From NCBI GenBank assembly GCA_043228905.1, contig JBHGNT010000004.1, positions 12,834,001 through 12,898,000 of the forward strand: DNA of 64,000 bases. The letters are read 5' to 3'. Both the position numbers and the translations under genes were made by a program. The notes under the pieces are model-generated. The model had not been told where the DNA came from. It did no database searches and worked only from the letters and a program-made list of their open reading frames with translations. Of this stretch, positions 11,615-24,510 are shown piece after piece (positions within the stretch are counted from its first letter, which is position 1; each line of letters opens with the position of its first letter). This DNA is from Azolla caroliniana (Eukaryota; Plantae; Polypodiophyta).

Positions 11615-14600
11615 AACACTGGGACATTTGAAACAGGTAATATGTCGCATTTTGAGAACTGTCCATCAAAAAATGACACAAATTAGGGTGATTCACAAAA
11701 AGGGGTGCCGCATGCGTAAAGGAATTTTAAAAATGACCCAAAAATATATTGATTTTTAACATGTACGGAAATTTAGGTGTTCAAAAAAATGCCTAAATAA
11801 TGGACATGCCAAACTTACAAATGAATGTCCAAAATGACTAACCCCAATATTTATAGAAATTCTGAATCCAAATCTTGATGTGCAATACAATATTTATAGT
11901 TAACGTATCAGGACAATCATTTTTCAAGTTTATGTCATCATCTTCATACCCATTAGATGAACTAGTACGAGTTTATGAGGTCTCATCCTCATCATCAATG
12001 GCAACTAATGCATTGTGTTGATCCAATTGCAATCCAACCTCATCGAGTTTATGAGTCATGCTTCTTGTTTGTCTTTGTGTTGTGTCTGAAGCCACATTCC
12101 AGATCCTCTTTTAGTATCTTCATTGTGGTCTGTCACAGATAACTTGTTTTGGTCAAAGATAAGTCATACACTAATATATAAACATTATCCAATGTAAGAG
12201 TAGATGTGCTTGATGCATCTTTCCTCCTCACTTTTTGGTTATGATATTTCATTATGTACTTTCCATTTACAAGATTAGATTATGTGAGAGAAGCTTTCTA
12301 CCAAAATCATTAGAATCTAAAAAATGTCTTAAAGATGTTTTCCATTTTTCTTAGATTCTCATAGTAAGCCTTTGATGTCGTACAGAAATCCGATTCATTC
12401 CATCTAGATTTGACGCAACATGTCGAATTTTACTCTATACATCTAGAATTGGATATAATGCATCAGATTCCTGTAAGTCTTGGAATTTTTCTAAAAATTT
12501 CCATTAAAAAAATACTCTTGCATTTTAATGCATTGCATTGAATTCTAGCTACATAGACTAAAATATGATACATTGCATGGATTTCCCGAAAATACATAAA
12601 TAAATACAAATTGAAAAAATAAAACATTTTCCCATAAATAAATAAATAAACATTTTTTATTTTACTCGTAAATAAATAAATAAAAATTATATTTCAATGG
12701 AAATCCAATTCCATGCATCAGATTCAATTGAAAATCCAATTTCTCTTATTTTTTTGAAAATTTTCTTATTTTTTGAATTTGTTTTTATTTTTCCCATAAA
12801 AAAATTAATAAAAATTGAAAAAATGGATTTTCAACGGAAATCCGATGCACTGCATCGGATTTTGGTTGAAAGTCCACCTTTACGTATTTTTTTCCAAATT
12901 TTCTTTCTTTTTTGAATTTTTTTGAATTTGTTTGAATTTTTTTGAATTTTTTCTATAAAAAATAAATAAATATTGAAAAAATAGATTTTCAATGGAAATC
13001 CGATGCACTGCATCGGATTTCCGTAGAAAATCCACTTTTTCTTATTTTTTTTCAAATTTTCATAGTTTTTAGAATTGTTTTGGTATTTTGTTTGTCTATT
13101 TGCTCATAAATAACTATATAGAAATTGAAAAAATGAATTTTGAAAGGAAGTCCACTTTTTGCTATTTGTTACCAAATTTTCATATTTTAAAATATTTTTT
13201 TGTATTTTTTAATTTTTTTTTCATTTTCTCCCATAAATAAATAAATAAATATTGCAAAAAATGGGTTTTCAATAGAAATCTGATGCACTACATCGAATTT
13301 CTATTGAAAATCCATTTTGTCTTATTTGTTTCCAATTTTTCAGATATTTTGTATTTTTTTGAATTTTTGTTGAATTTTTTTTGTTTTTATCATAAATAAA
13401 TATATAGGAATTGAAAAAAATGGATTTTCAACGGAAATCCGATGCACTGCATTGGATTTCCATTGAAAGTCCACTTTTTCTTGTTTGTTTACAAATTTTC
13501 TTATTTGTTTATATTTTTCTCTAAAAAAGTGTTAAAAATAAACAAATTGTGATTTTCTCCATTTAAAATGATGTGTTTTCAACGGGAATCCAATGTAATG
13601 CATCGGATTCCCGTTGAAAACAGATCATTTTCAACAGGATTTTCAATGGAAATCCGATGCACTGCATTGGATTTCCGTTGAAAGTCCAATATTTTTCTTA
13701 TGTTTTTTCATAAAACATTAATTTGTAATTGAAATCCGACTCAATGGTTCAGATTTTGTTGAAAATGTAATATTTTTTTATTATCTCATTGTTTTATGAA
13801 AAACCTAAAAGAAATTTGGATTTTTAATTGAAATTCGATGTAGTGCATTAGATTTCAGATGGAAATCCACTTTTTTAATATATTTTTATTTATTTTTTGA
13901 AAAAATGAAAAACAATTGAAAAGAAAGAGGATTGCCAGCTAAAATCTGATGCAATGCATTAATGTCTAGCTGTATAGACTACGATCTGATGTAGTGTATC
14001 GGATTTCAGTTGAAAAGCCATTTATTATTTTTTTATATGGAAAATAAATAAATAAATAACATTGGAAAAAGAAAAAAGAAAAATAGATTTTCGACTCTAA
14101 TCCAACGCATTGCATTAGATTCTAGCTATATATACTAAAATATAATGTAGTGCATAGTATTTTAGCTAAAAATCCATTTTTTATTTTTTAATGGAAAAAA
14201 TTTTAAAAATTACAAAAAAAAAAAAAACTTGGATTTTCAACTGAAATCTAGTGCATCGCATTGGATTCCAATTAAAAATCCAAGATTTTTTATTTTTTCA
14301 AATTTTATTGTTTCAAATTTTCAATGGGTTTTAGATTAGTTTTCTGACACAGGTATATAATATAAAACTTACATCAATTTAGATTAACGTTATATTCTAT
14401 TCTTCAGTTTGATGTTACCTGTGCAATTTCATTCTATTGTCATGTACTACTAAAACATACGCCTTAAAGATTATCAGGAACTCTGTTGCATTAGAGAAGG
14501 ACCTTGAGCAAGTTAATGTCATCAAAATGAGGATCCAAGGTATCTGGGGTTGTCTTGATCAAGACCAAGAAGTTGGGACAAAGCATATCAATAAAACTTA

Positions 14601-15463
14601 GATGTTCTAGATGACTTTTAGGAAACTTGTGGAACTATAGATGAAGACGCAGGGCAACTTGTTGAATTAGAAGACGTTTCAGAGTCTGAACATACTAACA
14701 ATTCAACTTAGCGTACTGACGAAGCCAATGAGGACAATCCTGATGAAAGAGCTAATCCTGAGTAGACGGCTTTACCAGACTTATTATTCGATTGAATGGT
14801 TATGGCTTATTGTAAATTTTGAACAATATGAATTGTTAAATTTTGACGTAATATATAAGTTGAGCTTACTTATAATTTTCGAGTAACAATCATTGAACTT
14901 AGAAATTAAGTATACTTGTATGTGTACATGTTATCTAAACTCTCCTTTATCATTTGGGGTATATCGGAGATAAGTTTATACTCTATCATTTACTCGTATG
15001 ATTGGAATGTTATTGTAGACTAGTTTATTTATACATTGACAGTGTCATGTATCACGTGTCAATGGAAATTTTCTCTTGACATAGTAGTATCTCTTAATTG
15101 CAAGGTTCACAATTTGCTTTAAGATGTATTATATTTAAATATACACACATAATTAGAAGAAGTCACTTATTCAATGGGGCATGCTTTTTAGAATATGCAC
15201 AAGGACCCGTGTTACTATTATACTTGTGTTGACAAATACACCTCTGTCTAAGATTTGGAGAAAAACATGGTAGATAGAATATACGTCAGATGATTTTGTT
15301 GACGTGATATTAGTTAGTTCTTTTTTTCGCTATGTTTTCATAAACCACATACACATGCGTCGTGCCTTGTTGAAATTCTGCTTAAATAAGGCATTTTTTA
15401 ACATCTCACTAAGATATGAAAAAGAGAATGCGACATATTACCTATTTCAAATGACCCGGTGTT
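11615..15463. mobile_element. Non-autonomous TIR (DNA) element, unclassified
   Basis: ~38-bp imperfect TIR: AACACTGGGACATTTGAAACAGGTAATATGTCGCATT vs reverse complement AACACCGGGTCATTTGAAATAGGTAATATGTCGCATT; TAGG duplicated at 11611-11614 and 15464-15467; cleanly interrupts the gypsy protease frame. Confidence 0.88.
12440..14290. repeat. Array of ~15 palindromic repeats (core AAATCCGATGCA-C-TGCATCGGATTT) in AT-rich spacers
   Basis: Best copies at 12838, 12994, 13434, 13585, 13650; decayed copies on both sides. Confidence 0.9.
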
Positions 15464-16764
15464 TAGGGCTTTGTGTGGGCTCCCACTACGAGGAGCTTCC
15501 CTCGGCATACGATCGTCTCCTCTGCATACGATCGGCATACGATCATCTTAGGACTCTCGGGGTTGGAGGCGCACAATCCCATAGTGGATTGGTGCAATCA
15601 CTCGATCACATTTAGCAAGCCAGGATGTTCGTGCACAACTATGAAGGCAATTCAGTTTAACATCCTCTAGAGAAGGCCAATTCCGACTTGGTCATCCCAC
15701 CCTCGGTCTAGGATGGGGATCTTTACACCTTAGTTCATTACCCGATTGCCGTTTGTGGAGCTGCTTCTAACACACTCCAAGTTGTTCCCCACAAGTATAA
15801 AGACTTCTCTGATGCATTTGAGAAACGTAATGCAGATCGTTTGCCCAAACACCGGTTCTACGACTGTCAGATCGATCTTCAAGAAGGCGCATGTCGACCC
15901 TTTGGTCCTCTATATGAGTTGTCTACACCAGAGCTAAAGGCCCTTTGATTGTATCTTGATGAGATCCTCGCAAAAGGATTTAGTCAACGTTCTAAGTTCA
16001 CGGCCGGGCCCCCCATATTATTCGTGAAAAAGAAGGATGGCTCTCTACACTTATGTGTAGACCACCGGGGTCTAAACCAACTCATTGTGCGCAACCGCTA
16101 TCCGTTCCCTCTAATTCTCGAACTCCTCGATTGGCTCCGCATTGTTCGTGTCTTCTCCAAAGTTGATCTGCATGGCGCGTACAATCTGGTACGCATCAAG
16201 CCTGATGATGACTGGAAAACTGCATTTTGAACACGGTATGGGCATTTCGAATACAAGGTAATGACTTTTAGCCTTACTAACGCCCCAATTGTTTTTCAAC
16301 ATATGATGAACGATATATTCCAGGAATATCTCGATCCTTTCGTGGTCATCTACCTTGATGATATCCTCATTTTTCCGCCAAACATGGCTGAGAACACCCG
16401 CCAAGTTCAATTAGTTCTTGCTAAACTTCGGGAGCACGACCTTGATGCAAAAGGTCAGAATTGTGAGTTCGACCATACCTCGATTGAATTCTTGGGCCAC
16501 ATCATCTCGCCCATTGGCATTGCCATGGATACGAAGAAGGTCTTAGTTTTTCAGGAGTGGGAGACTCCAAGTGACTAAAGATATGCAACCCTTCCTCGGC
16601 TTCGCAAATTTTTACTGTCGCTTCATCAAGGGGTTTCCCACCCTAGCCCAACCTGTTATTGCCCTCCTCCACAAAGGTACTACCTTTTTATGGACCTCGA
16701 CTGCACAAAATGCAATCAACTCAATCAAATACACATTCATCACTGCCCCAGTAGACCCTTCCAA

Positions 16765-16985
16765 GGTTGATGATACCAACATAATGCACCCAATGGCTTA
16801 CTACTCTCTCAAATTCACGGAATCCGAAATCAATTATCCAGTATACGACAAGGATATTGCTACTATCATCTTATCCTAGGTCGACGACACCAACATAATG
16901 CACCCAATGGCTTACTACTCCTGCAAATTCATGGAATCCGAAATCAATTATCCAATATATGGCAAGGAGCTTGCTACTATCATTG
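16765..16985 (+). repeat. Tandem duplication (~113-bp unit) in the gypsy RNase H region
   Basis: ACCAACATAATGCACCCAATGGCTTACTACTC...GCTACTATCAT occurs twice. Confidence 0.85.
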
Positions 16986-17725
16986 CTGGCTTTGAAGAAT
17001 CGCGCCCCTACTTGGTCGACGCACAATACCATGTCCAGGTAGTAACTGATCGTAAGAATTTAGTCTATTTTTCCACCACTTGTACTTTGAATCGAAGGAA
17101 GGCCCATTGGTTGACATTTCTCATTGACTATGATTTTGAGATTGTATTTCGACTTGGTGGCCGACATGGAAAGGCCGATGCCCTTTCTCGTCAAGCCGAA
17201 CTTGCTATCCGCCTTGGGGATGTGACTCATGCTCAACAATCTCACTGTTTGTTGAAACCCCGCCAATTGCATCTTTTTGCCACTTGTATGTTGCAGGATG
17301 ATTGGTTACTCCAATAGATCACCGATGCATCCACGATTGATGCATTCGCCAACGAGATTCGAGAGAGTTTGCGAAACCCCTCCATGACACTCAAACGGAC
17401 GGACCTTGATCATTTCACCATACAAGGTGGTTTTCTATTCCGAGATAATCTCTTATACGTCCCGAAGGGTTGCGGGAATGCCACGATGACCCCCTTGCGG
17501 GTCATTTCGGGATTGCAAAAACCCTCAAATTAATCTATCGGGGGTACTAGTGGCCACAACCATGGAAGTTGGTCAAAGAATACATCGAGACTTGTGAGGT
17601 TTCCACTTTCTCCAAAGCTGCTCTTCATCGGCCATATGGTTTACTACAACCACTTCCATGCCTTGGAGCTAAATCAAAGGAGCTCAAGAAAACAACCCTG
17701 ACCCAAAGGATGCCGACTACTCAAC

Positions 17726-20700
17726 TGATGGAAATGATCGACACTTTCCACACTTCACCTCTCGGCCACAACCAAGGAAACACACGAATCGTTGTTGCAG
17801 AAAATAGGAAATGCGAAAAATAGAGTGGACACACGATTTAACGTGGAAAACCCTGTACGGGAAAAACCACGGGAGTACAAGACTCCGAACCAAAACTATG
17901 CACAGAGAAGTATACAATGGCGAGCTGCAAGGCGACGACCTTGAGCTCGCCGTCCTCGCCACAGGCGGCGGAAATACACAGAGGCGTCGACCTCTTCCTC
18001 TCTCACGCTCTATCTCTCTCACGGCTGCTCTCTCTTCACTCCTCTTGAGTGGAAAAACAGAAAAATGATAAGCAACATTAAAACTGTTTGCCCTAAGTCA
18101 TATTTATACACATATGACTTTGGGGCTATTTACAACTATAGCCTCAAGGGCCCTTGGCAAACATATTCACAGATATGTCCCCGCATCCGGATCTCTCTCC
18201 GGGTACATTCGTCATCCGGCTCCAAAGCCGGGGTCTTCATCATCCGGTTCCGAAACCGCAACCGGGCTTGTCGGCATTCATCTCCGATATCCGACCATCC
18301 CATCCGAAGGGACCGTAATCCCAACAAACTCCCCCTTCACTTCGGCATGGGATGTCTCTCCAATCCGATCCTCTTCCGGCATGCTTCCAGCTTGTCGGGT
18401 GTGAGTACCTTGGTCAGCATATCCGACCCGTTCTCGTCCGTGTGGACCTTCGTCAGCACGAACTCCTTGTCTTCTATCCTTTCCCGGATCCAGTGATATC
18501 TTCGCTGGATGTGCTTCGTCCGGGAGTGATAGGCCGCGTTCTTCGCAAGGTGGATTGCACTCTGACTGTCGCAGTAGAGTCGGTACTCCTCCTGCCGGAT
18601 ACCGAGCTCTCTAGTGAAGTCCTTCATCCATATTATTTCCTTGCCGGCTTCAACAGCCGCCATGTACTCCGCCTCCGTGGTTGACAACGCAACCGTCTTC
18701 TGCAGCCTCGACTGCCATGAAACAGCTCCCCCTGCATACGTCATCACATACCCTGATGTGGACCGGCTGGTATCTGCATCAGCCGACATATCCGAATCGG
18801 TGAAGCCATCGAGTTCGGGCTTACCGGAGCCGAATCGGAGGCACACGTTTGCCGTGCCCTTCAGGTATCGGAGTATCCACTTGGCCGCGTTCCAATGCTC
18901 TTTGCCGGGATTGCTCATATACCGGCTCACCACTCCGACTGCGTATCCAATGTCCGGTCTTGTACACACCATTGCGTACATCAAGCTTCCGACGGCAGAG
19001 GCATATGTCACTTTCATCATGTCCTCCTTCTCAGCCTTTGTCTTGGGGCTTTGCTTGCTGGACAGCTTGCAGTTTGCCGGGAGGGTCGATCCGACCGGTC
19101 TTGCTTCCGACATGTTGAACCGTTTAAGCACCTTTGTCACGTACTTCTCCTGTGACAGCCACAACTGCTTCTTGCTCCGGTCCCGGATGATGTGCATCCC
19201 TAGTATTTGTCTCGCCGGACCCAAGTCCTTCATTGAGAAGGTTCGGTGAAGAGCCTTCTTCAGCATCCGTATCTTGACCTAGTCCCGTCCGACGATCAAC
19301 ATGTCGTCCACGTACAGGAGGAGTATTAGAAAGTCTCCTCCTTCGAACTTCTTCACAAACACGCAGTGGTCGGACTGCGTTTTGAGGTACCCTTCGTCGG
19401 TCATGAAGGAGTCGAACTTCCGGTACCATTGCCGGGGAGCCTGCTTCAGTCCGTAAAGGCTCTTCTTCAACCGGCATACCAGGTGCTCCTTCCCTTTCTT
19501 CTCGAATCCTTCCGGTTGCTGCATGTAGATCTCTTCTTCGAGGTCACCGTGAAGGAATGCCGTCTTCACGTCCATCTGTTCTACCTCGAGGTCCATGCTT
19601 GCCGCTATGCTCAGCACCGTCCGGATGGAGGTCATCTTCACTACCGGGGCAAATATCTCGTCGAAGTCGACGCCCTTCTTCTGCTGAAACCCCTTCACCA
19701 CGATCCTGGCTTTGTATCTCGGGGGGTTTCCGGCATCTCCCGGTTTCAGCTTGAACACCCACTTGTTTCGAAGTGCCCGCTTTCCTTTCGGCAACTCCAC
19801 ATGTTCATATGTGTGGTTCTCATGCAGGGAATCTATCTCGTCCTGCATGGCACTCAACCACCTGCGGCTCTGGGTGTCATGCTTTGCTTCTTCAAAGCTC
19901 TCCGGCTCCCCCTCGTCGGTTAGCAGCACGTGCTCTGGTTCCGGAAATCTCCGGGGGGCCCTTCTCTCTCTTAGAGGATATCTCCGTTCCGGAGCTTCGG
20001 TAACCGGTTCTTCCGATTCTTCTTCATCCGAATCCATTTCGGGATCGGGGCCGGTTCCGGTATCATTTTCATCTTCTTCGGCCGGTTCTGTTTCTTCACC
20101 GTCTTCGGCCGGATCCTCGAGTGCTAACCGGTCCCTTGCCGGTCGGGACTGCTCCTCGTAGAGTTGATCCTCACCGGTCGACTTGGAGCTCTTCATCTTC
20201 TTCTCCGACTCCCAGTCGGCGAGTGTCTTGTTCTCCATGAAGATGATATCACGACTCCGGAATATCTTCTTGTCGACCGGGTCCCATACTCGGTAGCCGA
20301 ACTCGTCATCGCCGTAACCAAGGAATATGCATGGCCGGGTCTTTGGATCTAGCTTTCCTCTCCGGTCCTTTGCCACATGCACGTATGCGAGACACCCGAA
20401 CACCTTCAGATGCCGGTAGGATACTTCCCTACCGGTCCACACTCTCTGCGGCGTGTCTCCGTCCAAAGGTACTGAGGGTGATCTGTTTATCACGTATGTC
20501 GCCGTCGACATCGCCTCAGCCCAAAACCCCTTGGGTAATTCCGCATGCGCCAGCATACTCCGGACCCTCTCCATTATGGTCCGGTTCATCCTCTCGGCCA
20601 GCCCGTTCAGTTCCGGCGTCTTCGGCACAGTAAACTCGAGCCGGATTCCCTTCGAGCGACAGTACTCCGCGAACTGCCCCCGGTATTCCCCTCCGTTATC

Positions 20701-23041
20701 CGCTCGTATCGCTTTCAGCTTCTTGCCGGATTCCCTTTCCACTCTCGCATGGAGTTCTTTGAAGACGCACAACACTTGGTCCTTTGTCTTCAACGGTGCC
20801 GTCCATAGCTTCCGGCTGTGATCATCAATGAATGTTACGAAGTACTGGGCTCCGCCATGTGACTTCGTTTCTACCTGACACCCATCAGTGTGCACCAACT
20901 CCAATGGTGCGCTACGTCTCGTCGGTGGCCTTGAATGGAAGGAGGTTCGGTTCTGCTTATCGGCCAGGCAATCGGTGCACTTCTCCAGGTGCACATGCTT
21001 CACTGGAATAAGGTTGTCTTCTGCAAGCCTCTTCATCCCCTTCTCACTCATGTGGCACAGTCTTTTGTGCCACAGCTCACCGGCAGTGTCGGCTGCCACA
21101 TTCAGCTCTTCCGGACATAACCGGGCATTCATCAGGTACAGTGTGTTGTCTTTCCGGGCCCGAGCCACTATCAGACTCCCTTTGTTGAACTTCATTACGC
21201 CGTTCCGGATACTACCTGTGTAGCCTTCATCGTCTAGCCTCCCGGCCGAAATCAGGTTCAGTCGAACCTCCGGAACGTGTCGGACATCCTTCAGCAGCAT
21301 TTTGCATCCGGTCGAGGTTGTCAACCACACATCTCCTATACCGGCAATCCGGCACGTACCTTCATTTCCCATCCGAACACAGCCATGTTCACCGGCTATG
21401 TAGGATGAGAAGTATCTTCTTTCCGGGGTCAGGTGGAACGACGCTCCGGAATCGACCACCCAGGTCGTCTCATCGCTGGCAATGTTTAGTTCACCTTCTT
21501 CGGTGATGAGCATGATTTCTTCCTCACTTGCCGCGAGTGCCGTCGTTCCTTTCCTGTCCTGCCCTCGCCGATCCGGACCTCTCCGGTCCGTGGCTCCCCG
21601 GTATGCACCGTTTCTCTCCGGTGACTTCTTCAAATCGGTGTCGTCGGCTCCGTTGTCCTTTCGGTAATGCCGACAATTCTTCCGGAAGTGCCCCGGCTTC
21701 CCACAGTGGAAGCATGTGGGTCTTCCTCTTGACTGCGACCGGGTCCCCGACTTCTCCCGTCTTTGCGGACTCCGGTTCCATTGTCTTCCCCGTTCCGATT
21801 CGGTAAGCAGCGCCTTCGAGTCGGAGGCCGGTTCTTTATCTCTCCGACGCGCTTCTTCGTTCAAAATACTTGTCTTTACCGTTTGTAGGGACAAGTTATC
21901 TTCCATGTAGGAGATGCTGAGAGTCACCACCAAGTTCTCCCAGCTTTCCGGCAATGTACACATCAGAATGATGGCTTGCATTGCATCCTCCAGCGGGAAC
22001 TTGATCGCCGCAAGCTGGTTCACGAATCCCATGAACGTGCTTACGTGTTCCACCATACTCTCGCCTTCCCGGTACTTGAGGTTCACTATCTTCCTCATCA
22101 GGGAGGTCCGGTTCAACGCATTCTTCCTCTCGTAGAGGCCCGACAGCTTCCGCCACATCTCATATGCGTTGATGTCGTTCGCCACATGTTGTAGAACGCT
22201 CACGTCTACGTATTGCCGAATGGTTGCAACGGCTTTCCGGTTCAGAAGCCTCCATTCCGACTCAAGTACTCCCTTCGGTATTTCCGACCTGTCAATCGGT
22301 TCGTACAGGTCCCGAACAATCAGAAGATCCTCCATCTTGATCTTCCAGTCGGCGTAATTCTGCGCATTCAGCACCATCATCCCCGGCTGCCCGCTGTCGC
22401 CGCCTTCCATTTTCTGCAGCAGCCCGCTCTGATACCAAATTGATGGAAATGATCGACACTTTCCACACTTCACCTCTCGGCCACAACCAAGGAAACACAC
22501 GAATCGTTGTTGCAGAAAATAGGAAATGCGAAAAATAGAGTGGACACACGATTTAACGTGGAAAACCCTGTACGGGAAAAACCACGGGAGTACAAGACTC
22601 CGAACCAAAACTATGCACAGAGAAGTATACAATGGCGAGCTGCAAGGCGACGACCTTGAGCTCGCTGTCCTCGCCACAGGCGGCGGAAATACACAGAGGC
22701 GTCGACCTCTTCCTCTCTCACGCTCTATCTCTCTCACGGCTGCTCTCTCTTCACTCCTCTTGAGTGGAAAAACAGAAAAATGATAAGCAACATTAAAACT
22801 GTTTGCCCTAAGTCATATTTATACACATATGACTTTGGGGCTATTTACAACTATAGCCTCAAGGGCCCTTGGCAAACATATTCACAGATATGTCCCCGCA
22901 TCCGGATCTCTCTCCGGGTACATTCGTCATCCGGCTCCAAAGCCGGGGTCTTCATCATCCGGTTCCGAAACCGCAACCGGGCTTGTCGGCATTCATCTCC
23001 GATATCCGACCATCCCATCCGAAGGGACCGTAATCCCAACA
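17726..23041 (-). mobile_element. Full-length young Ty1/copia LTR retrotransposon (Tnt1/Tork-like)
   Basis: 601-bp LTRs 22441-23041 and 17726-18326 (one mismatch seen by eye); TSD TCAAC; PBS TGGTATCAGAGC 22426-22437; PPT ~18327-18340. Confidence 0.97.
18337..22410 (-). pseudogene. gag-pol polyprotein with one in-frame TAG at 19279-19281
   Basis: Probable start MEGGDSGQ at 22410; CFHCGKPGHFRKNC knuckle, VDSGAS, LWHKRLCH, FIDDHSR/DNGGEY/NGLAERMNRT, YVDD, then RNase H FTDSD..TEAEY..CDSQSA..DMLTK in the same frame. Confidence 0.93.
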
Positions 23042-23241
23042 TCAACATGGGAGCAAGCGGCTAGTCGAGTAATGTATTTTTTGGCAACATGTGTCCATGA
23101 CCACATGCTTGGTTACATTTGAGAAGCCAAGGCACTGAAGGAAGCGTGGGAGAATCTAAGGAAGATTTTCGTAACCCACACAACTGCAAGAAAGCTTCAA
23201 CTCCGCCAAGAGTTGAACAACATCACAAACTACACCTTTAA

Positions 23242-24510
23242 TGTTACGGGCATGACCATATAATATCCCGTGGTGAGAATGTACCGTAGTATTCTATACA
23301 TGTGGATAAAGTGTGAGGGTTAAACGAGAGTGAAAAGAAAGGGAGGATAATTTACTTTTAATCCTCGGTATTGAGACAACCGTAGTATTTCCTGGGGGCC
23401 TTGGGTTTGGCAATAAATATGAGTCCTAGCTACCCTCATTTGATCATCTCTAGACTACGTCGAGACTCTGTTCTTGTGGTGGGTCAACTCTTGTAGCAAG
23501 CGTGCCAACACTAGGTTCGACTCGACGTCACGACGGTGGTATAGGACGTTGATCGAGGCTCGAGTCTGTCTCCATCCCTTCGCTCAGGGGTGGTCGGGTG
23601 GATCGGCACCCTTCTTTCTCTCTCTCCTTTCTTATAATCTATCTTTGTTATGCTTATCATATGCTTGCTTTAGATCTAAGCTCTAACAGTTGGTAACAGA
23701 GCCATGTTTCTAATGTTTCATTTGTTTATTGTTTTCTTTTGATGGATGGTGATCGATCGGTGTGCGGTCGACTGTGATTCAGAAAGGCATTAACAAGTGA
23801 ACTTCAGTAACTCTTTTTTATTTTTTTTCTATTCTTTCTTCTCCCAATCTAATCATGTATAGTCAATATGTGTTTTATTTCAATGATTCAATGATGTTGT
23901 AGTGGTAATTAATTGGTTGTATAAAACGTTTACATACGTGTATGAGGTCAATACCTCATTTGACGTATATTTGATATGTGATTGGTGTCGTATGCATAAG
24001 AGATCAATACCTCAATTGTGTATTACGTTCACCCTTATTTTTGGATATTTCGTGTGCGTAGGTAAAGGCTATATGCCTCGATTACATGTCTCGATTTCAT
24101 CATTTGTTGGCTCTTTTATGTTACAATTCTTTTTAATATACGCATGTTTGGTCACATGTATACGTATTTTATCGTATACATGTGATAAACATACATATGT
24201 GTATATTAGTTATTACGTGATTTTGTATATCGAACGTTGTCCTTTTCAGGAAAAGGATCTTGGTGGGCATCGTCACATTTTTGTGAGAATGACATCATCA
24301 CCATCCTTTTTTCAACAAATTTTTTTGTTGTCATCGTCGTTAGTCTCTTTGATTACACTACATGTTATAATGAAAGAACCATAGCCACAATGATGTTGAG
24401 AGTGTGGGGCTTGACCGACATCAAGTGAGGTCGCTCCTATGAAACACGCATCAACATCCCTCCCTTGCGACATGGATAGGATGCCACCATGAGATCATCA
24501 TTACGGAAGG
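23242..24510 (+). mobile_element. LTR (23242-23688), Met-type PBS and non-coding leader of a truncated LTR element
   Basis: TGTTA...TAACA followed by TGGTAACAGAGC (~23690-23702); motifs shared with LTR 27965-28437. Confidence 0.7.

Larger units (their letters stand above)
11340..17660 (+). pseudogene. Ty3/gypsy chromovirus pol relic (PR-RT-RH-IN start), split by the TIR element at 11615-15463
   Basis: LLDSGASSCFI protease (~11455); PIPVEAIDGR..TTIPLG resumes as LGLCVGSHYEEL at 15464; [54 protein letters not shown]. Confidence 0.9.
17663..23230 (+). pseudogene. Copia gag fragment that is the target of the young copia (17663-17725 + 23047-23230)
   Basis: GAQENNPDPKDADYST|WEQAASRVMYFLATCVHDHMLGYI reads through once the insert is removed. 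Confidence 0.75.

Noticed and set aside
12440-14290. CRISPR-like array of palindromes
   Set aside because: Repeats are degenerate, spacers are low-complexity, uneven and similar to each other, there are no cas genes, and the context is a eukaryotic TE
19279-19281. Programmed stop-codon readthrough in the copia pol
   Set aside because: The stop lies inside RT and the context TAG GTC AAG is not the CARYYA readthrough signal; a point mutation is simpler
22411-22737. N-terminal ~110 aa of the 1152-aa ORF
   Set aside because: It runs through the LTR and PBS; the likely start is ATG 22410
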